A stretch of 64,000 nt of DNA, from contig CAVVLJ010000017.1 of assembly GCA_963749075.1 (NCBI GenBank), positions 640,001-704,000 on the forward strand. Direction: 5' to 3'. Made by a program: the position numbers and the translations under genes. The stretch is from an uncultured Pseudomonadota bacterium (lineage in GTDB: Bacteria; Pseudomonadota; Alphaproteobacteria; JACZXZ01). The notes under the pieces are model-generated. The model was not told the origin of the DNA. It saw only the letters and a program-made list of their open reading frames with translations, and did no database searches. Below, piece after piece: positions 28,822-38,940 of this stretch (within the stretch, counting starts at the first letter, position 1; each line of letters opens with the position of its first letter).

Positions 28822-31083
28822 TTGCCGAGCCAGCATCCGAAGCAGAAGCCCTCCCCGCTGCCCACGCGGGAGGAGCTCGTGAACTTCATCCGCGAGAGCC
28901 CGGTGCCGGTGGGCAAGCGCGAGATCGCGCGCGCCTTCCGCCTCACGGGCGCCGAGCGCATCCAGCTCAAGGCCATGCTCAAGGAGCTGCAGCACGAGGG
29001 GGCGCTCGGGCGCGACCGCGCGCGGCGCTTCGGAGCCGCCGGCCGCCTGCCCGAGGTGACGCCCGTCGAGGTCATCGGCACCGATGCCGACGGCGAGCTC
29101 CTGGCGCGGCCGCTCGCGTGGGAGGGCGAGGGTCCGCCGCCGCGCATCTATATGGCGCCCGAGCGGCGCGGCCAGCCTGCCCTCGGGCGCGGCGACCGCG
29201 TGCTGGCGCGCTTGCGCCACGTCGGCGCCGGCAACTACGAGGGCCGCACCATCCGCCGCATCAGCGAGGCGCCGGACAAGGTGCTCGGCGTCCTCGCCTT
29301 CGGTCCAGACGGCGGGCGCATCCGGCCGACCGACCGCAAGCTCAAGGCCGAGTTCGCCGTGGCGCGCGGCGACGACGGCGGCGCCAAGGAGGGCGAGCTG
29401 GTGCTTGCCGAGGTGCTGCCTGGCCACCGGCTCGGCCTGCGCCAGGCGAAGATCGTCGAGCGCCTGGGCGATCTCGGCAACCCGCGCTCGGTCAGCCTGA
29501 TCGCCATCCTGGGGCGCGGCATTCCCGTCGATTTCCCGGCGGATGCGCTCGCCGAGGCAGCGGCCGCCGGCCCGGTCGGCCTGGCCGGGCGCACAGACCT
29601 GCGCCGCACCCCGCTCGTCACCATCGACGGCGAGGACGCCCGCGACTTCGACGATGCCGTGTGGGCCGAGCGCGATCCCGACGCCGGCAACCCCGGCGGC
29701 TGGCACCTTCTCGTCGCCATCGCCGACGTGGCGCATTACGTGCGGCCCGGGTCCCCGCTCGACCGCGCCGCCGGCGAGCGCGGCAATTCCGCCTATTTCC
29801 CCGACCGCGTCGTGCCCATGCTGCCGGAGGCGCTCTCCAACGGCTGGTGCTCGCTCAAGCCCGGCGAGGAGCGCGGCTGCCTCGCCGTGCACATGTGGAT
29901 CGACAAGGAGGGCGACAAGCTCCGCCACCGTTTCGAGCGCGGCCTCATGCGCTCGGCGGCGCGCCTCACCTATGCGCGGACGCAGGACGCCCACGACGGC
30001 CGCGGCGACGACGCCACAGCACCCCTCGCCGAGACGGTGATAGCACCGCTCTACGGCGCCTTCGAGGCCCTCCTCAAGGCGCGGCTCCGGCGCGGCGCCC
30101 TCGACCTCGACCTGCCCGAGCGGCAGATCGTCATCGGGGCGGACGGCCACATCGACCGCATCGTCCCCCGCCCGCGCCTCGACAGCCACCGCCTCATCGA
30201 GGAATTCATGATCGCGGCCAACGTCGCCGCGGCGGAGACGCTCGAGGAGCGCCGCACCCTCTGCATGTACCGCGTGCATGACGAGCCGGCGCCCGAGAAG
30301 ATCGACGCACTCCGCGAGTTCCTCGCCGGCCTCGGCTACAAGCTCGCCAAGGGACAGGTGCTGCGCCCCCAGCACTTCACCCAGATCCTCGACAAGGCGG
30401 CCGGCACGCCCGAGAGCCGCCTGGTGAGCGAGGTGGTGCTCAGGAGCCAGGCCCAGGCGCTCTACAGCCCCGAGAACCACGGCCATTTCGGCCTGGCGCT
30501 GCGCCGCTACGCCCATTTCACCTCGCCCATCCGGCGCTATCCCGACCTCCTCGTCCACCGCGGCCTCATCAGCGCCCTCGGGCTCGGGACCGACGGGCTG
30601 CCGCAAGGGCTCACGGAAGCCGTCTTCGCCCGCCTCGGCGAGCACACCTCCATGACCGAGCGGCGCGCGGACGCCGCCGAGCGTGAGGCGGAGGACCGCT
30701 TCACCGCCGCCTACCTCGCCTCGCGGGTAGGGGCGAGCTTCGCGGGCCGCATCTCGGGCGTCACCCGCTTCGGCCTCTTCGTCACCCTCGAGGAGACCGG
30801 CGCCGACGGGCTGATACCGATCAGTACGCTGCCCTCCGACTATTACATTCACGAGGAGCAGCGCCACCGCCTCGTCGGGCGCACGAGCGGCAACACCTAC
30901 GTGCTCGGCGACGCGGTCGAGGTGCGGCTCGGCGAGGCCGACATGGTGACGGGCGGGCTCATCTTCGAGCTCCTCTCGGGCGGCACCGCTGGTCGAGCGG
31001 GGAAGGGCAGCGCCGGCCGCGGCCGGCCGCGCGGCAGGCCGCCGCAGCGCCGCGGGGCCAAAGGGCGGGCACCGCACGGCTAG
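28822..31083 (+). CDS. rnr: ribonuclease R
   Basis: TIDGEDARDFDDAV, LIEEFMIAAN, YAHFTSPIRRYPD, S1 domain. Confidence 0.96.
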   Translation: MPSQHPKQKPSPLPTREELVNFIRESPVPVGKREIARAFRLTGAERIQLKAMLKELQHEGALGRDRARRFGAAGRLPEVTPVEVIGTDADGELLARPLAWEGEGPPPRIYMAPERRGQPALGRGDRVLARLRHVGAGNYEGRTIRRISEAPDKVLGVLAFGPDGGRIRPTDRKLKAEFAVARGDDGGAKEGELVLAEVLPGHRLGLRQAKIVERLGDLGNPRSVSLIAILGRGIPVDFPADALAEAAAAGPVGLAGRTDLRRTPLVTIDGEDARDFDDAVWAERDPDAGNPGGWHLLVAIADVAHYVRPGSPLDRAAGERGNSAYFPDRVVPMLPEALSNGWCSLKPGEERGCLAVHMWIDKEGDKLRHRFERGLMRSAARLTYARTQDAHDGRGDDATAPLAETVIAPLYGAFEALLKARLRRGALDLDLPERQIVIGADGHIDRIVPRPRLDSHRLIEEFMIAANVAAAETLEERRTLCMYRVHDEPAPEKIDALREFLAGLGYKLAKGQVLRPQHFTQILDKAAGTPESRLVSEVVLRSQAQALYSPENHGHFGLALRRYAHFTSPIRRYPDLLVHRGLISALGLGTDGLPQGLTEAVFARLGEHTSMTERRADAAEREAEDRFTAAYLASRVGASFAGRISGVTRFGLFVTLEETGADGLIPISTLPSDYYIHEEQRHRLVGRTSGNTYVLGDAVEVRLGEADMVTGGLIFELLSGGTAGRAGKGSAGRGRPRGRPPQRRGAKGRAPHG

Positions 31084-31363
31084 CCGCGCGCGGGCCGACT
31101 CGGCTCGCTCCCGCCAGATGTGGCAAAATTCACGCGCTGCGGGTTATTTCGCCTCGGAAGTCCTTGGACAAGAGAAGCGCACTGCGCTACTTCTTACATG
31201 GCATATCGGGCAAGTAATGTCCTCCCTTGGCCACTTGGCCACTTGGCCGGCGGCCTTCGGCGGCCCCGCTTGCGGCGGGCGCCGGAGCGAAGGAGGACGG
31301 TGTGCATCCAGAGGGAACGCTTCCAGAGCGCGGACGGGTCGGCGGGGGGTTAGAGGATCGCGA

Positions 31364-32962
31364 ATGAGCGATGGTTTGCGGAGGACGCTCGCGGCGCGCT
31401 GCGCATGGCTGCGGCGCCCGGGCGTTGGCCTTCCCCTCTTCCTCGTCCTGGCACTGGCCGGCTGCGCGCAGGCCAGCGGCAGCGCGCACGGCCCCTTCGT
31501 CGGCGTCGCCGAGGCGGAGTTCGGCGCCGGCTTCACCGACATCGCCGAGCGCTACGTCGAGCCGGTCTCGATCGGCGATCTCGCGGTGGCCGGCATGCAG
31601 CGCATGGAGACCGTCGACGACAAGCTCAAGCTCACGCGCGAGGGGAGCCGGCTCCGCCTCTCCTACCAGGGCGGCCGGAGCATCGACTTCGCGGCCCCGA
31701 GCGACGATGATCCGGTCGCCTGGGCGGTGACCACGAGCCTGGTGCTCGACGGCGCGCGCGAGCTCTCGCCGGCGCTCAAGTCGACCGACCTCGAGGCCAT
31801 CTACGATTTCGTCTTCACCGGTGCCCTCAAGAGGCTCGACCCCTACTCGCGCTACGCCACTGCTGCTGCGGCCCGCGAGCAGCGCGCCCAGCGCGACGGC
31901 TTCGGCGGCATCGGCATCACCGTCAAGGAGGACGGCAAGGACATCCGCGTCGTCTCGGTGTTCGACGACGGGCCCTCGGCCAAGGCGGGCATCAAGCCCG
32001 ACGACCTCCTGGTGCAGATCAACGACGACGCGGTGGCCGGGCTGTCGCTCGACGACGTGGTCGAGCGCCTGCGCGGGCCGATCGGCGGCGCGCTCCGCCT
32101 CACGCTCGAGAGTGGTGCTGACCGCGCCCGGCGCGAGGTCTCGCTCGCCCGCGCCCTCGTGGTGCCGCCGACCGTGAGCTACGCGCGCCGCGGCGACATC
32201 GCCTATTTCCGCATTACCAGCTTCAACTCGAACACGACCGCGAGCCTCGAGCGCGCGCTCAGCCAGGCCACGCGCGAGATGGGCAAGGCCATGCGCGGCG
32301 TGGTCCTCGATTTGCGCGACGATCCGGGCGGCCTCCTCGACCAGGCGGTCAGCGTCTCCGAGCTCTTCCTCAAGAGCGGGCGCATCCTCACGACGAGCGG
32401 GCGGCACCCCGACAGCAACCAGGTCTTCGACGCCGAGGGCCACGACATGCTGCACGGCCTGCCGCTCGCCATCCTCGTCAATCACGGCACGGCGTCCGCC
32501 GCCGAGGTGGTGGCCGCGGCGCTGCAGGACGACGGCCGCGCCATCGTCGTGGGCACCGCGTCCTACGGCAAGGGCACGGTGCAGACCGTGCACGAGCTGC
32601 CCAACAGCGGCGAGCTCATCATCACCTGGTCGCGCATCCATGCCCCCTCGGGCTACGTGCTCAACGAGGTGGGCGTGATCCCCAACGTGTGCACGAGCAG
32701 GGTGGCGCTCGAAGGCAGCCAGGCGGTCTCCCAGGTCCTCGACACGGTCAAGAGCGGCGGCAGCGACACCTCGGCGGCGCGCTACGCGCTGCACCAGAAC
32801 GGCAGCCCGAACAAGACCGAGACCCGGCTCCTGCGCGCGAGCTGCCCGGCGCGCAACGGCGAGGGCGAGGTCGACATCGACGTGGCCAAGCGGCTCGTCG
32901 AGGACGGCACCCTCTTCGCCCGCGCCCTCCAGCCGCCCGGTCCCGAGGTCGCCAAGCGCTGA
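31364..32962 (+). CDS. S41 family carboxy-terminal processing peptidase (lipoprotein, PDZ)
   Basis: LAGC lipobox, LDPYSRY, FGGIGI, LDLRDDPGGLL, TASAAEVVA, GKGTVQ. Confidence 0.9.
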   Translation: MSDGLRRTLAARCAWLRRPGVGLPLFLVLALAGCAQASGSAHGPFVGVAEAEFGAGFTDIAERYVEPVSIGDLAVAGMQRMETVDDKLKLTREGSRLRLSYQGGRSIDFAAPSDDDPVAWAVTTSLVLDGARELSPALKSTDLEAIYDFVFTGALKRLDPYSRYATAAAAREQRAQRDGFGGIGITVKEDGKDIRVVSVFDDGPSAKAGIKPDDLLVQINDDAVAGLSLDDVVERLRGPIGGALRLTLESGADRARREVSLARALVVPPTVSYARRGDIAYFRITSFNSNTTASLERALSQATREMGKAMRGVVLDLRDDPGGLLDQAVSVSELFLKSGRILTTSGRHPDSNQVFDAEGHDMLHGLPLAILVNHGTASAAEVVAAALQDDGRAIVVGTASYGKGTVQTVHELPNSGELIITWSRIHAPSGYVLNEVGVIPNVCTSRVALEGSQAVSQVLDTVKSGGSDTSAARYALHQNGSPNKTETRLLRASCPARNGEGEVDIDVAKRLVEDGTLFARALQPPGPEVAKR

Positions 32963-32970
32963 GCGGCGAT

Positions 32971-33124
32971 CTCCCTCTCCTCCTTTAGGAGGAGAGGGCT
33001 GGGGTGAGGAGGCGGCACCGCAAGGCGCGCCATAGGCCGCAAAGACGTGCAATCGGCCGGCCTCCTCACCTTCCCATCGCTTCGCGATGGGCCCCTTCCT
33101 CTCCTCCTAAAGGAGGAGAGGAGT
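32971..33124. repeat. palindromic MITE/REP-like element, family B copy 1
   Basis: Terminal CCTCTCCTCCT-TT/AA-AGGAGGAGAGG hairpins, inner GGTGAGGAGG/CCTCCTCACC IR and CCCATCG..CGATGGG hairpin. Confidence 0.8.
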
Positions 33125-33145
33125 GAATAGCGGCGCCGGGCAAAC

Positions 33146-33173
33146 TTGACAACGCCTCCGGGCGCGCTATGTT
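33146..33173 (+). promoter_or_regulatory. candidate sigma70 promoter for rpmG
   Basis: TTGACA-N16-TATGTT with GCTAT context, 37 nt before ATG. Confidence 0.55.
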
Positions 33174-33210
33174 CCTCCGCGCCCGGGCTTAGCAGCGAGG
33201 AAATGCCGTC

Positions 33211-33378
33211 ATGGCCAAGCCGAACAGCGTTCTCATCAGGTTGCAGAGCACCGCCGACACCGGCTTCTTCTACGTGGCCAAGAAGAACGCGCGCAAGCAG
33301 GGCGGCAAGCTCGAGTTCAAGAAGTACGACCCGGTCGCGCGCAAGCACGTGCTCTTCAAGGAGACCAAGCTCAAGTAG
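33211..33378 (+). CDS. rpmG: 50S ribosomal protein L33 (below the ORF-track cutoff)
   Basis: [55 protein letters not shown]. Confidence 0.96.
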   Translation: MAKPNSVLIRLQSTADTGFFYVAKKNARKQGGKLEFKKYDPVARKHVLFKETKLK

Positions 33379-33406
33379 GCGCCGCGGCCGCGCGGTACCT
33401 AGGCCG

Positions 33407-33434
33407 AGGCCGCCCGCGGGCGGCCTTTTGCTTT
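33407..33434 (+). terminator. rho-independent terminator after rpmG
   Basis: AGGCCGCCC-gc-GGGCGGCCT stem followed by TTTGCTTTT. Confidence 0.75.
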
Positions 33435-33500
33435 TGCGCCTCGCTGCCCTCAGAATAGGGGGCCGGCCCGGGAGGGACCGGCCGGCTCGCGAGGCGCGCC

Positions 33501-34424
33501 ATGCGCATTGGGATCGACCTCGGCGGCAGCAAGATCGCGGCCCTCGCCCTCGACGCGGCCGGCACCCCGCTCTTGAGCCGGCGCGTGCCCACTCCCGCCG
33601 GCGACTACGAGGGCACGCTCGCAGCGGTGCGCCTCCTCGTGGACGGGATCGAGCACGAACTCGCGCGCCGCGGCACCGTCGGGGTCGGCATGCCGGGCGC
33701 CTTCTCCTCCGCGACGGGCCTCGTCAAGAACGCCAACTCCACCTGGCTCATAGGCCAGCCCTTGGACCGCGATCTCGCGCGCGTCCTCGGCCGGCCGGTG
33801 CGCCTTGCCAACGACGCCGACTGCTTCGCGCTCAGCGAGGCTGTCGACGGCGCCGGGCGGGGCTCGGAGGTCGTCTTCGGCGTCATCCTCGGCACGGGCG
33901 TCGGCGGCGGCATCGTGGTGGGCCAGCGCCTCCTCAAGGGCGCCAATGCCATCGCCGGCGAATGGGGCCATAACCCACTCCCCTCGCCGCGCGACGACGA
34001 GCGGCCCGGCCCGGCCTGCTACTGCGGCCGGCGCGGCTGCGTCGAGACCTTCCTCTCGGGTCCCGGCCTCGCCCGCGATCATGCCGCTCTCACCGGCGAG
34101 CGGCTGGCGGCCGAGGAGATAGCGCTGCGGGCGGCGCAAGGCGAGCCTGCGGCCGCGGCGACGCTCGCGCGCTACGCCGAGCGCCTCGCCCGCGCGCTCG
34201 CGGTCGTCATCAACATCCTCGACCCGGAGGTCATCGTGCTCGGCGGCGGCCTCTCGCGGATCGCGAGCCTCTATAAGGAGGTGCCGCGGCACTGGTCCGC
34301 CCATGTCTTCAGCGAAGCTGTGGCGACCCGGCTCGTCCCGCCAGCGCACGGCGACGCGAGCGGCGTGCGCGGTGCCGCCTGGCTGTGGCCGCCTCAAGGG
34401 GAAGCCGCGGGAGGCGAGCGGTGA
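33501..34424 (+). CDS. ROK family sugar kinase (fructokinase/Mak-like)
   Basis: IGIDLGGSKI, ANDADCFALSEA, ILGTGVGGG, AGEWGHN, CYCGRRGCVE. Confidence 0.92.
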   Translation: MRIGIDLGGSKIAALALDAAGTPLLSRRVPTPAGDYEGTLAAVRLLVDGIEHELARRGTVGVGMPGAFSSATGLVKNANSTWLIGQPLDRDLARVLGRPVRLANDADCFALSEAVDGAGRGSEVVFGVILGTGVGGGIVVGQRLLKGANAIAGEWGHNPLPSPRDDERPGPACYCGRRGCVETFLSGPGLARDHAALTGERLAAEEIALRAAQGEPAAAATLARYAERLARALAVVINILDPEVIVLGGGLSRIASLYKEVPRHWSAHVFSEAVATRLVPPAHGDASGVRGAAWLWPPQGEAAGGER

Positions 34425-35704
34425 CGGCACTCTGCCGCGACTGCGCGAGCCCGCTTGCGGCCGGCGGCACGCCGCCGCGGCGCTGTCCGAACTGCGCCTC
34501 GCCGCGCCTCTTTGCCCATGACGAGCTCGACGAGCTCTCGATCGCGCATATCGACTGCGACGCCTTCTACGCGAGCGTCGAGAAGCGCGACCAGCCGCAG
34601 TTGCGCGACCAGCCGGTGATCGTCGGCGGCGGCCGGCGCGGCGTGGTCTCGGCCGCCTGCTACGTCGCGCGCATCTATGGCGTGCGCTCGGCCATGCCCA
34701 TGTTCAAGGCGCTCAAGCTCTGCCCGCAGGCGACCGTCATCCATCCCAACATGCGCAAGTACCAGGCGGTCGGGCGCGAGGTGCGCCGGCTCATGCTCGC
34801 CACCACGCCCCTCGTCGAGCCGCTCTCGATCGACGAGGCCTTCCTCGACCTCAGAGGGACAGAGCGCCTCCACCACGGCAGCCCGGCGCGCACGCTCGTG
34901 CGCCTGGCGCGGCGCATCGAGGAGGAGATCGGCATCACGGTCTCGATCGGGCTCTCCTACAACAAGTTCCTCGCCAAGGTGGCGTCCGAGCGCGACAAGC
35001 CGCGCGGCTTCTCCGCGATCGGCCGCGCCGAGGCCAAGGCCTTTCTCGCCGAGCAGCCCGTCGGCCTCATCTGGGGGGTCGGCAAGGCGCTCAGGGAGCG
35101 CCTGGCGGCCAACGGCCTCCACCGCATCGGCCAGCTGGCACTCTCGGACGAGGCCCGGCTCGTCGCGCGCTACGGCGCCATCGGCCTCAGGCTCGCCCGC
35201 TTCGCGCGCGGCGAGGACGGCCGCGCCGTCGATCCCTCGGCACCGGCCAAGAGCGTCTCGGCCGAGACCACCTTCGAGGAGGATCTCGCAACGCTCGCCT
35301 CCCTCAAGGAGGCGCTCTGGCCGCTCGCGGAGACGGTGGCGGCACGGCTCAAGCGCGCCGAGCTCGCCGGCCGCACCGTGACGCTCAAGCTCAAGACCGC
35401 CGAGTTCCGCATCCTCACGCGGAGCCGCACGCTCTCAGCGCCGACGCAGCTTGCCGAGGCGCTCTATCAGGCGGCCCTGCCGCTCCTCGCCGCGGAGGCG
35501 ACGGGACGCCGCTTCCGCCTCATCGGCATCGGCGCCGCTACCTTCTCGCCCGCCGCCGACGCCGACCCGCCGGATCTGCTCGATCCCGCGGCGGGCCGCA
35601 TCCGCGCCGTCGAGCGCGCCATCGATGCCGTGCGCGCCAAGCTCGGCAGCAACGCCATCGCCAAGGGAAGGGGGTTCAGACGACGGACGTCAGACGACGG
35701 ATGA
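34421..35704 (+). CDS. dinB: DNA polymerase IV
   Basis: N-terminal CRDC..CPNC, AHIDCDAFYASVE, SAACYVAR, PLSIDEAFLD. Confidence 0.95.
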   Translation: MTALCRDCASPLAAGGTPPRRCPNCASPRLFAHDELDELSIAHIDCDAFYASVEKRDQPQLRDQPVIVGGGRRGVVSAACYVARIYGVRSAMPMFKALKLCPQATVIHPNMRKYQAVGREVRRLMLATTPLVEPLSIDEAFLDLRGTERLHHGSPARTLVRLARRIEEEIGITVSIGLSYNKFLAKVASERDKPRGFSAIGRAEAKAFLAEQPVGLIWGVGKALRERLAANGLHRIGQLALSDEARLVARYGAIGLRLARFARGEDGRAVDPSAPAKSVSAETTFEEDLATLASLKEALWPLAETVAARLKRAELAGRTVTLKLKTAEFRILTRSRTLSAPTQLAEALYQAALPLLAAEATGRRFRLIGIGAATFSPAADADPPDLLDPAAGRIRAVERAIDAVRAKLGSNAIAKGRGFRRRTSDDG

Positions 35705-35756
35705 CGGAAGAACCGAGCTTCCGATCCGTCGTCCGTCGTCCGTCGTCCGTCATCTG
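35677..35756. repeat. inverted arrays of 7-bp repeats (RGACGAC)n ... (TCCGTCG)n
   Basis: About 4 heptamers per side forming a long hairpin between convergent dinB and eipB. Confidence 0.8.
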
Positions 35757-35760
35757 GTCT

Positions 35761-36552
35761 TCAGCATTTCGGGCGCGGCAGGGGGGCGAAGTAGCTGATC
35801 TTGCCGCTCACCGTGAAGTCCTCGTAGATCAGGCTCATGTCGACGACGACGCCGTTCTCGAGGAGACGCATGGCGAGCTCGTAATCGGGGAGTGCCGCCT
35901 TGCTGCCGATGGGGAAGAAGGCCCAGCGCATCGGCCAGCTCGGCTGGCCGAGCTTGCCCGCGAGGCCGGGCAGCTGCTCGAGCGGCACGGACTTGCTGAT
36001 CAGGATATTGACCTCGTCCGGACCGTCGGCGGTGGCGCCGTCGAAGACGGTGCGGTCGATGATGTGGGCGCCCGCGCGCGCCGCGTCGAGGACGGTGTTG
36101 ACGTGGATGGTCGGGAAGAGCGTGCCCTTGGGCAGCACCACGTCCTTGCGCGCGGGCAGGCTGAACTTCGCGACCCCGCCGCCGTTGGGCTTGACCCGGG
36201 CCTCGCCGCGGAATTCCTCGTTGACGGCGCCGTTGAGCCGGTTGCGCACGTTGAAGCGATAGCGCGAGCCGTCCTTCGCCTCCCAGCTGGTGAAATTGTT
36301 GTCGCTCACCACCTCGTCGCCCTCGTCGCGCACGAGCTTCAGGCGCAGGCGCTGCTTGGTGAGCCAGGCGTCGCAGGTCTCGCTGACCTCGATCGCCATG
36401 CCGCCGCTCGCCTCGATGATGTTGCCCTGTCCCGTATTGTGGCCGAGATGCAGCGTATAGAACGCGTGGTGGGGAATGAGCTCCACGGCGTGCCCCGGCC
36501 CCGGCAGGCACATGAAGGGCAGGGCCAATACGGCTATGAGCGGTCGCGCCAT
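35761..36552 (-). CDS. eipB: cell envelope integrity protein EipB family (DUF1849)
   Basis: Signal peptide, LIPHHAFYTL, CDAW, SWEAKDG, FPTIH, VFDG, YELAMRLLENGV, terminal C. Confidence 0.85.
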   Translation of the reverse strand: MARPLIAVLALPFMCLPGPGHAVELIPHHAFYTLHLGHNTGQGNIIEASGGMAIEVSETCDAWLTKQRLRLKLVRDEGDEVVSDNNFTSWEAKDGSRYRFNVRNRLNGAVNEEFRGEARVKPNGGGVAKFSLPARKDVVLPKGTLFPTIHVNTVLDAARAGAHIIDRTVFDGATADGPDEVNILISKSVPLEQLPGLAGKLGQPSWPMRWAFFPIGSKAALPDYELAMRLLENGVVVDMSLIYEDFTVSGKISYFAPLPRPKC

Positions 36553-36729
36553 CGGGACTCCCAGGTTGGGGGAGAGCTTGGGGTGTGACGGGAGCCCGTC
36601 GCGGCTCCATCCGGCGGGATTATGGCATGCTTCCACGGGCAAGGGTAGAATGCGCACGAAGCCGCGACGGGGACCCCGAGCGCTGCCCGCCGCCTGCCCT
36701 CTCCACCTCGCCATCTGCGGAGATGCCCC

Positions 36730-37695
36730 GTGCCAAGCAAACCGACCATCCTCGTGACCCGCCGCCTGCCCGACAACGTGCTCGCCCGCGCCGGCCGGGA
36801 CTACGACGCCCGCATCAATCTCGACGACGCGCTCTATGACGGCGCCGAGGTCGTGCGCCGCGCCGAGGGCTGCGCCGGCCTTCTCATCTGCTCGACCGAG
36901 AAGCTTCCGGCCGAGCTCATCCGGGAGCTGCCCGCCGCCGTCAAGATCGTCGCCACCTTCTCGGTCGGCTACGAGCACATCGACCTCGAGGCGGCGCGCA
37001 AGCGCGGGCTCGTCGTCACCAACACGCCGGACGTGCTGACCAACTCGACCGCGGACATCGCCTTCCTCCTCATGCTGGGCGCCGCGCGCCGCGCCTCGGA
37101 AGGCGAGCGCCTGGTGCGCTCAGGGCAATGGAAGGCCTGGACCCCCACCTTCATGCTCGGCACGGACGTGACCGGCAAGAAGCTCGGCATCTTCGGCATG
37201 GGCCGCATCGGCCAGGCGGTCGCCCGGCGCGCGCGCGGCTTCGAGATGGAGGTCCATTACGCCAACCGCAAGCGCCTGCCGCCAGCGCTCGAGGCCGGCG
37301 CCATCTTCCATGCCGAGGCCGAGAGCATGCTGCCCGAGATCGACTTCCTCTCGATCAACTGCCCGTCCACGCCGGAGACCCTCCGTTGGCTCAACGCGAC
37401 GCGCATCGGCCGCATGAAGAAGGATGCCATCGTGGTCAACACGGCGCGCGGCAACATCGTCGACGACGCGGCGCTCATCGCAGCCCTCCGCGAGGGCCGG
37501 CTGCGCGGCGCGGGCCTCGACGTCTACGAGGGCGAGCCCAGGCTCAACCCGGGCTACCTCGCCCTCGACAACGCCTTCCTCTTGCCCCACATCGGCAGCG
37601 CCACCCTAGGCACGCGCGACGCCATGGGCTTCCGCGCCCTCGACAACCTCGACGACTACTTCGCCGGACGGCCCCCGCGCGACCGCCTCGCCTGA
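36730..37695 (+). CDS. D-2-hydroxyacid (glyoxylate/D-glycerate) dehydrogenase
   Basis: VTNTPDVL, GIFGMGRIG, VNTARG, GLDVYEGEP, LLPHIGSAT. Confidence 0.92.
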   Translation: MPSKPTILVTRRLPDNVLARAGRDYDARINLDDALYDGAEVVRRAEGCAGLLICSTEKLPAELIRELPAAVKIVATFSVGYEHIDLEAARKRGLVVTNTPDVLTNSTADIAFLLMLGAARRASEGERLVRSGQWKAWTPTFMLGTDVTGKKLGIFGMGRIGQAVARRARGFEMEVHYANRKRLPPALEAGAIFHAEAESMLPEIDFLSINCPSTPETLRWLNATRIGRMKKDAIVVNTARGNIVDDAALIAALREGRLRGAGLDVYEGEPRLNPGYLALDNAFLLPHIGSATLGTRDAMGFRALDNLDDYFAGRPPRDRLA

Positions 37696-37704
37696 GCTCG
37701 CTAA

Positions 37705-37850
37705 CTCCCTCTCCCGCAAGCGGGAGAGGGAGGGGCCCGCGGCCGCAAGGCCGTGGGAGGGTGAGGGACGACGCCGACATCCGGCAATCCCTCACCCTTC
37801 CCATCCCTTCGGGATGGGCCCCTTCCCTCTCCCGTAAACGGGAGAGGGAT
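37705..37850. repeat. palindromic MITE/REP-like element, family B copy 2
   Basis: CCCTCTCCCG..CGGGAGAGGG hairpins at both ends, GGGAGGGTGAGGGA/TCCCTCACCCTTCCC IR, CCCATCC..GGATGGG. Confidence 0.8.
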
Positions 37851-37890
37851 TTAAGCGGGAGAGGGGCTTAACGTAATCGGAGCGCTCGGT

Positions 37891-38850
37891 TCAGATGCGG
37901 CCGGGGAGTGATGCGAGCTCGAGATCGCCCGCGGGGCGCCTGAGGACGGCAGAGGGCGATGCGGTGGCGCCGGGTAGCGACCAGCTCTTGCTGAGATCGT
38001 AGCTCTTGGCGAGCCTGGCGCGGGCCTTGGCGAGATCCTTGGCGCTGTAGGGGCCGCTGACCACGCGGTACATTTCCTTGCCGCCGACGGTCGTGACGGC
38101 GACTCGCGGCTTGGCCGCGGCGTAGAGGGCAAGCCCGGATTCGGCGTGCGCCCGGCTCGAGAAGCTGGCGAGCACGAGATAGGCGCCCTCGGCGCGTGCC
38201 TCGCTGGCGGGACGTGCCGCGGCACCGCGCGGCAGCGCCGGACGCGCGGCCGCGGTCATCACCGGCTTCGGTACCGGGAGCGGCAGCGGGGTCGCATGGG
38301 CGACGGCCGGCGTTGACGCCGCAACGGGCAGCACCTCGTGCTTGGGCCCGGCAAGGGGTGCGAGGGGGACGACTTGGATGTCCGGCGAGCCGCCAGCGGC
38401 AAAGGCGATCGTCGCCTGGGGCGGGCCCTTCTTGTCGAGCGTGGCGATGCTGGCGGATGCGCGGTCGGCCTTCTCGGCCTCGGCGCGGTCGACCTCCGCC
38501 ACGAGCTCCTCCTCCGAGCGCTTGCGCACGAGCGCATAGGTCGGCTCGCTCGACCGCCGGCTCACGCCCACGTAATTGTTCGCTTCCGCGTAGGCGATCG
38601 CCATGTCGTGGCGCTGCTCGGGCGTGTAGTCGCGGCAGACGTCCTTGCCGCGCAGGATGCGGAACATCGAGCAATCCCGGTCGGCCGCCTGCGAGAGTGC
38701 GAGATCGGTGACGCTCTTGTCGGTGGCGACGTAGGCGAGGCCGTCGAAGCTGTAGGAGGCGATTGACACGGCAATCGGCACGGCGCAGCCCGTCAGCATC
38801 AGCGCCGTCACCGCCAGGACGGCGGGAATTCTGTGCTTCGCAGGATTCAA
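37891..38850 (-). CDS. SPOR-domain lipoprotein
   Basis: LTGC lipobox; C-terminal YLVLASFSSRAHAE...YRVVSGPYS. Confidence 0.7.
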   Translation of the reverse strand: MNPAKHRIPAVLAVTALMLTGCAVPIAVSIASYSFDGLAYVATDKSVTDLALSQAADRDCSMFRILRGKDVCRDYTPEQRHDMAIAYAEANNYVGVSRRSSEPTYALVRKRSEEELVAEVDRAEAEKADRASASIATLDKKGPPQATIAFAAGGSPDIQVVPLAPLAGPKHEVLPVAASTPAVAHATPLPLPVPKPVMTAAARPALPRGAAARPASEARAEGAYLVLASFSSRAHAESGLALYAAAKPRVAVTTVGGKEMYRVVSGPYSAKDLAKARARLAKSYDLSKSWSLPGATASPSAVLRRPAGDLELASLPGRI

Positions 38851-38940
38851 CCGCGCGCCCTCTGCCCAGATCAGCGGTCTCTACTTCCCGCGCGAATCTT
38901 AGGCTGCTATTGGCTCAATATCAACAAGTAATGTCGGCGC

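Noticed and set aside
28624-31077. 817-aa minus-strand ORF
   Set aside because: Antisense to rnr; no recognisable domain.
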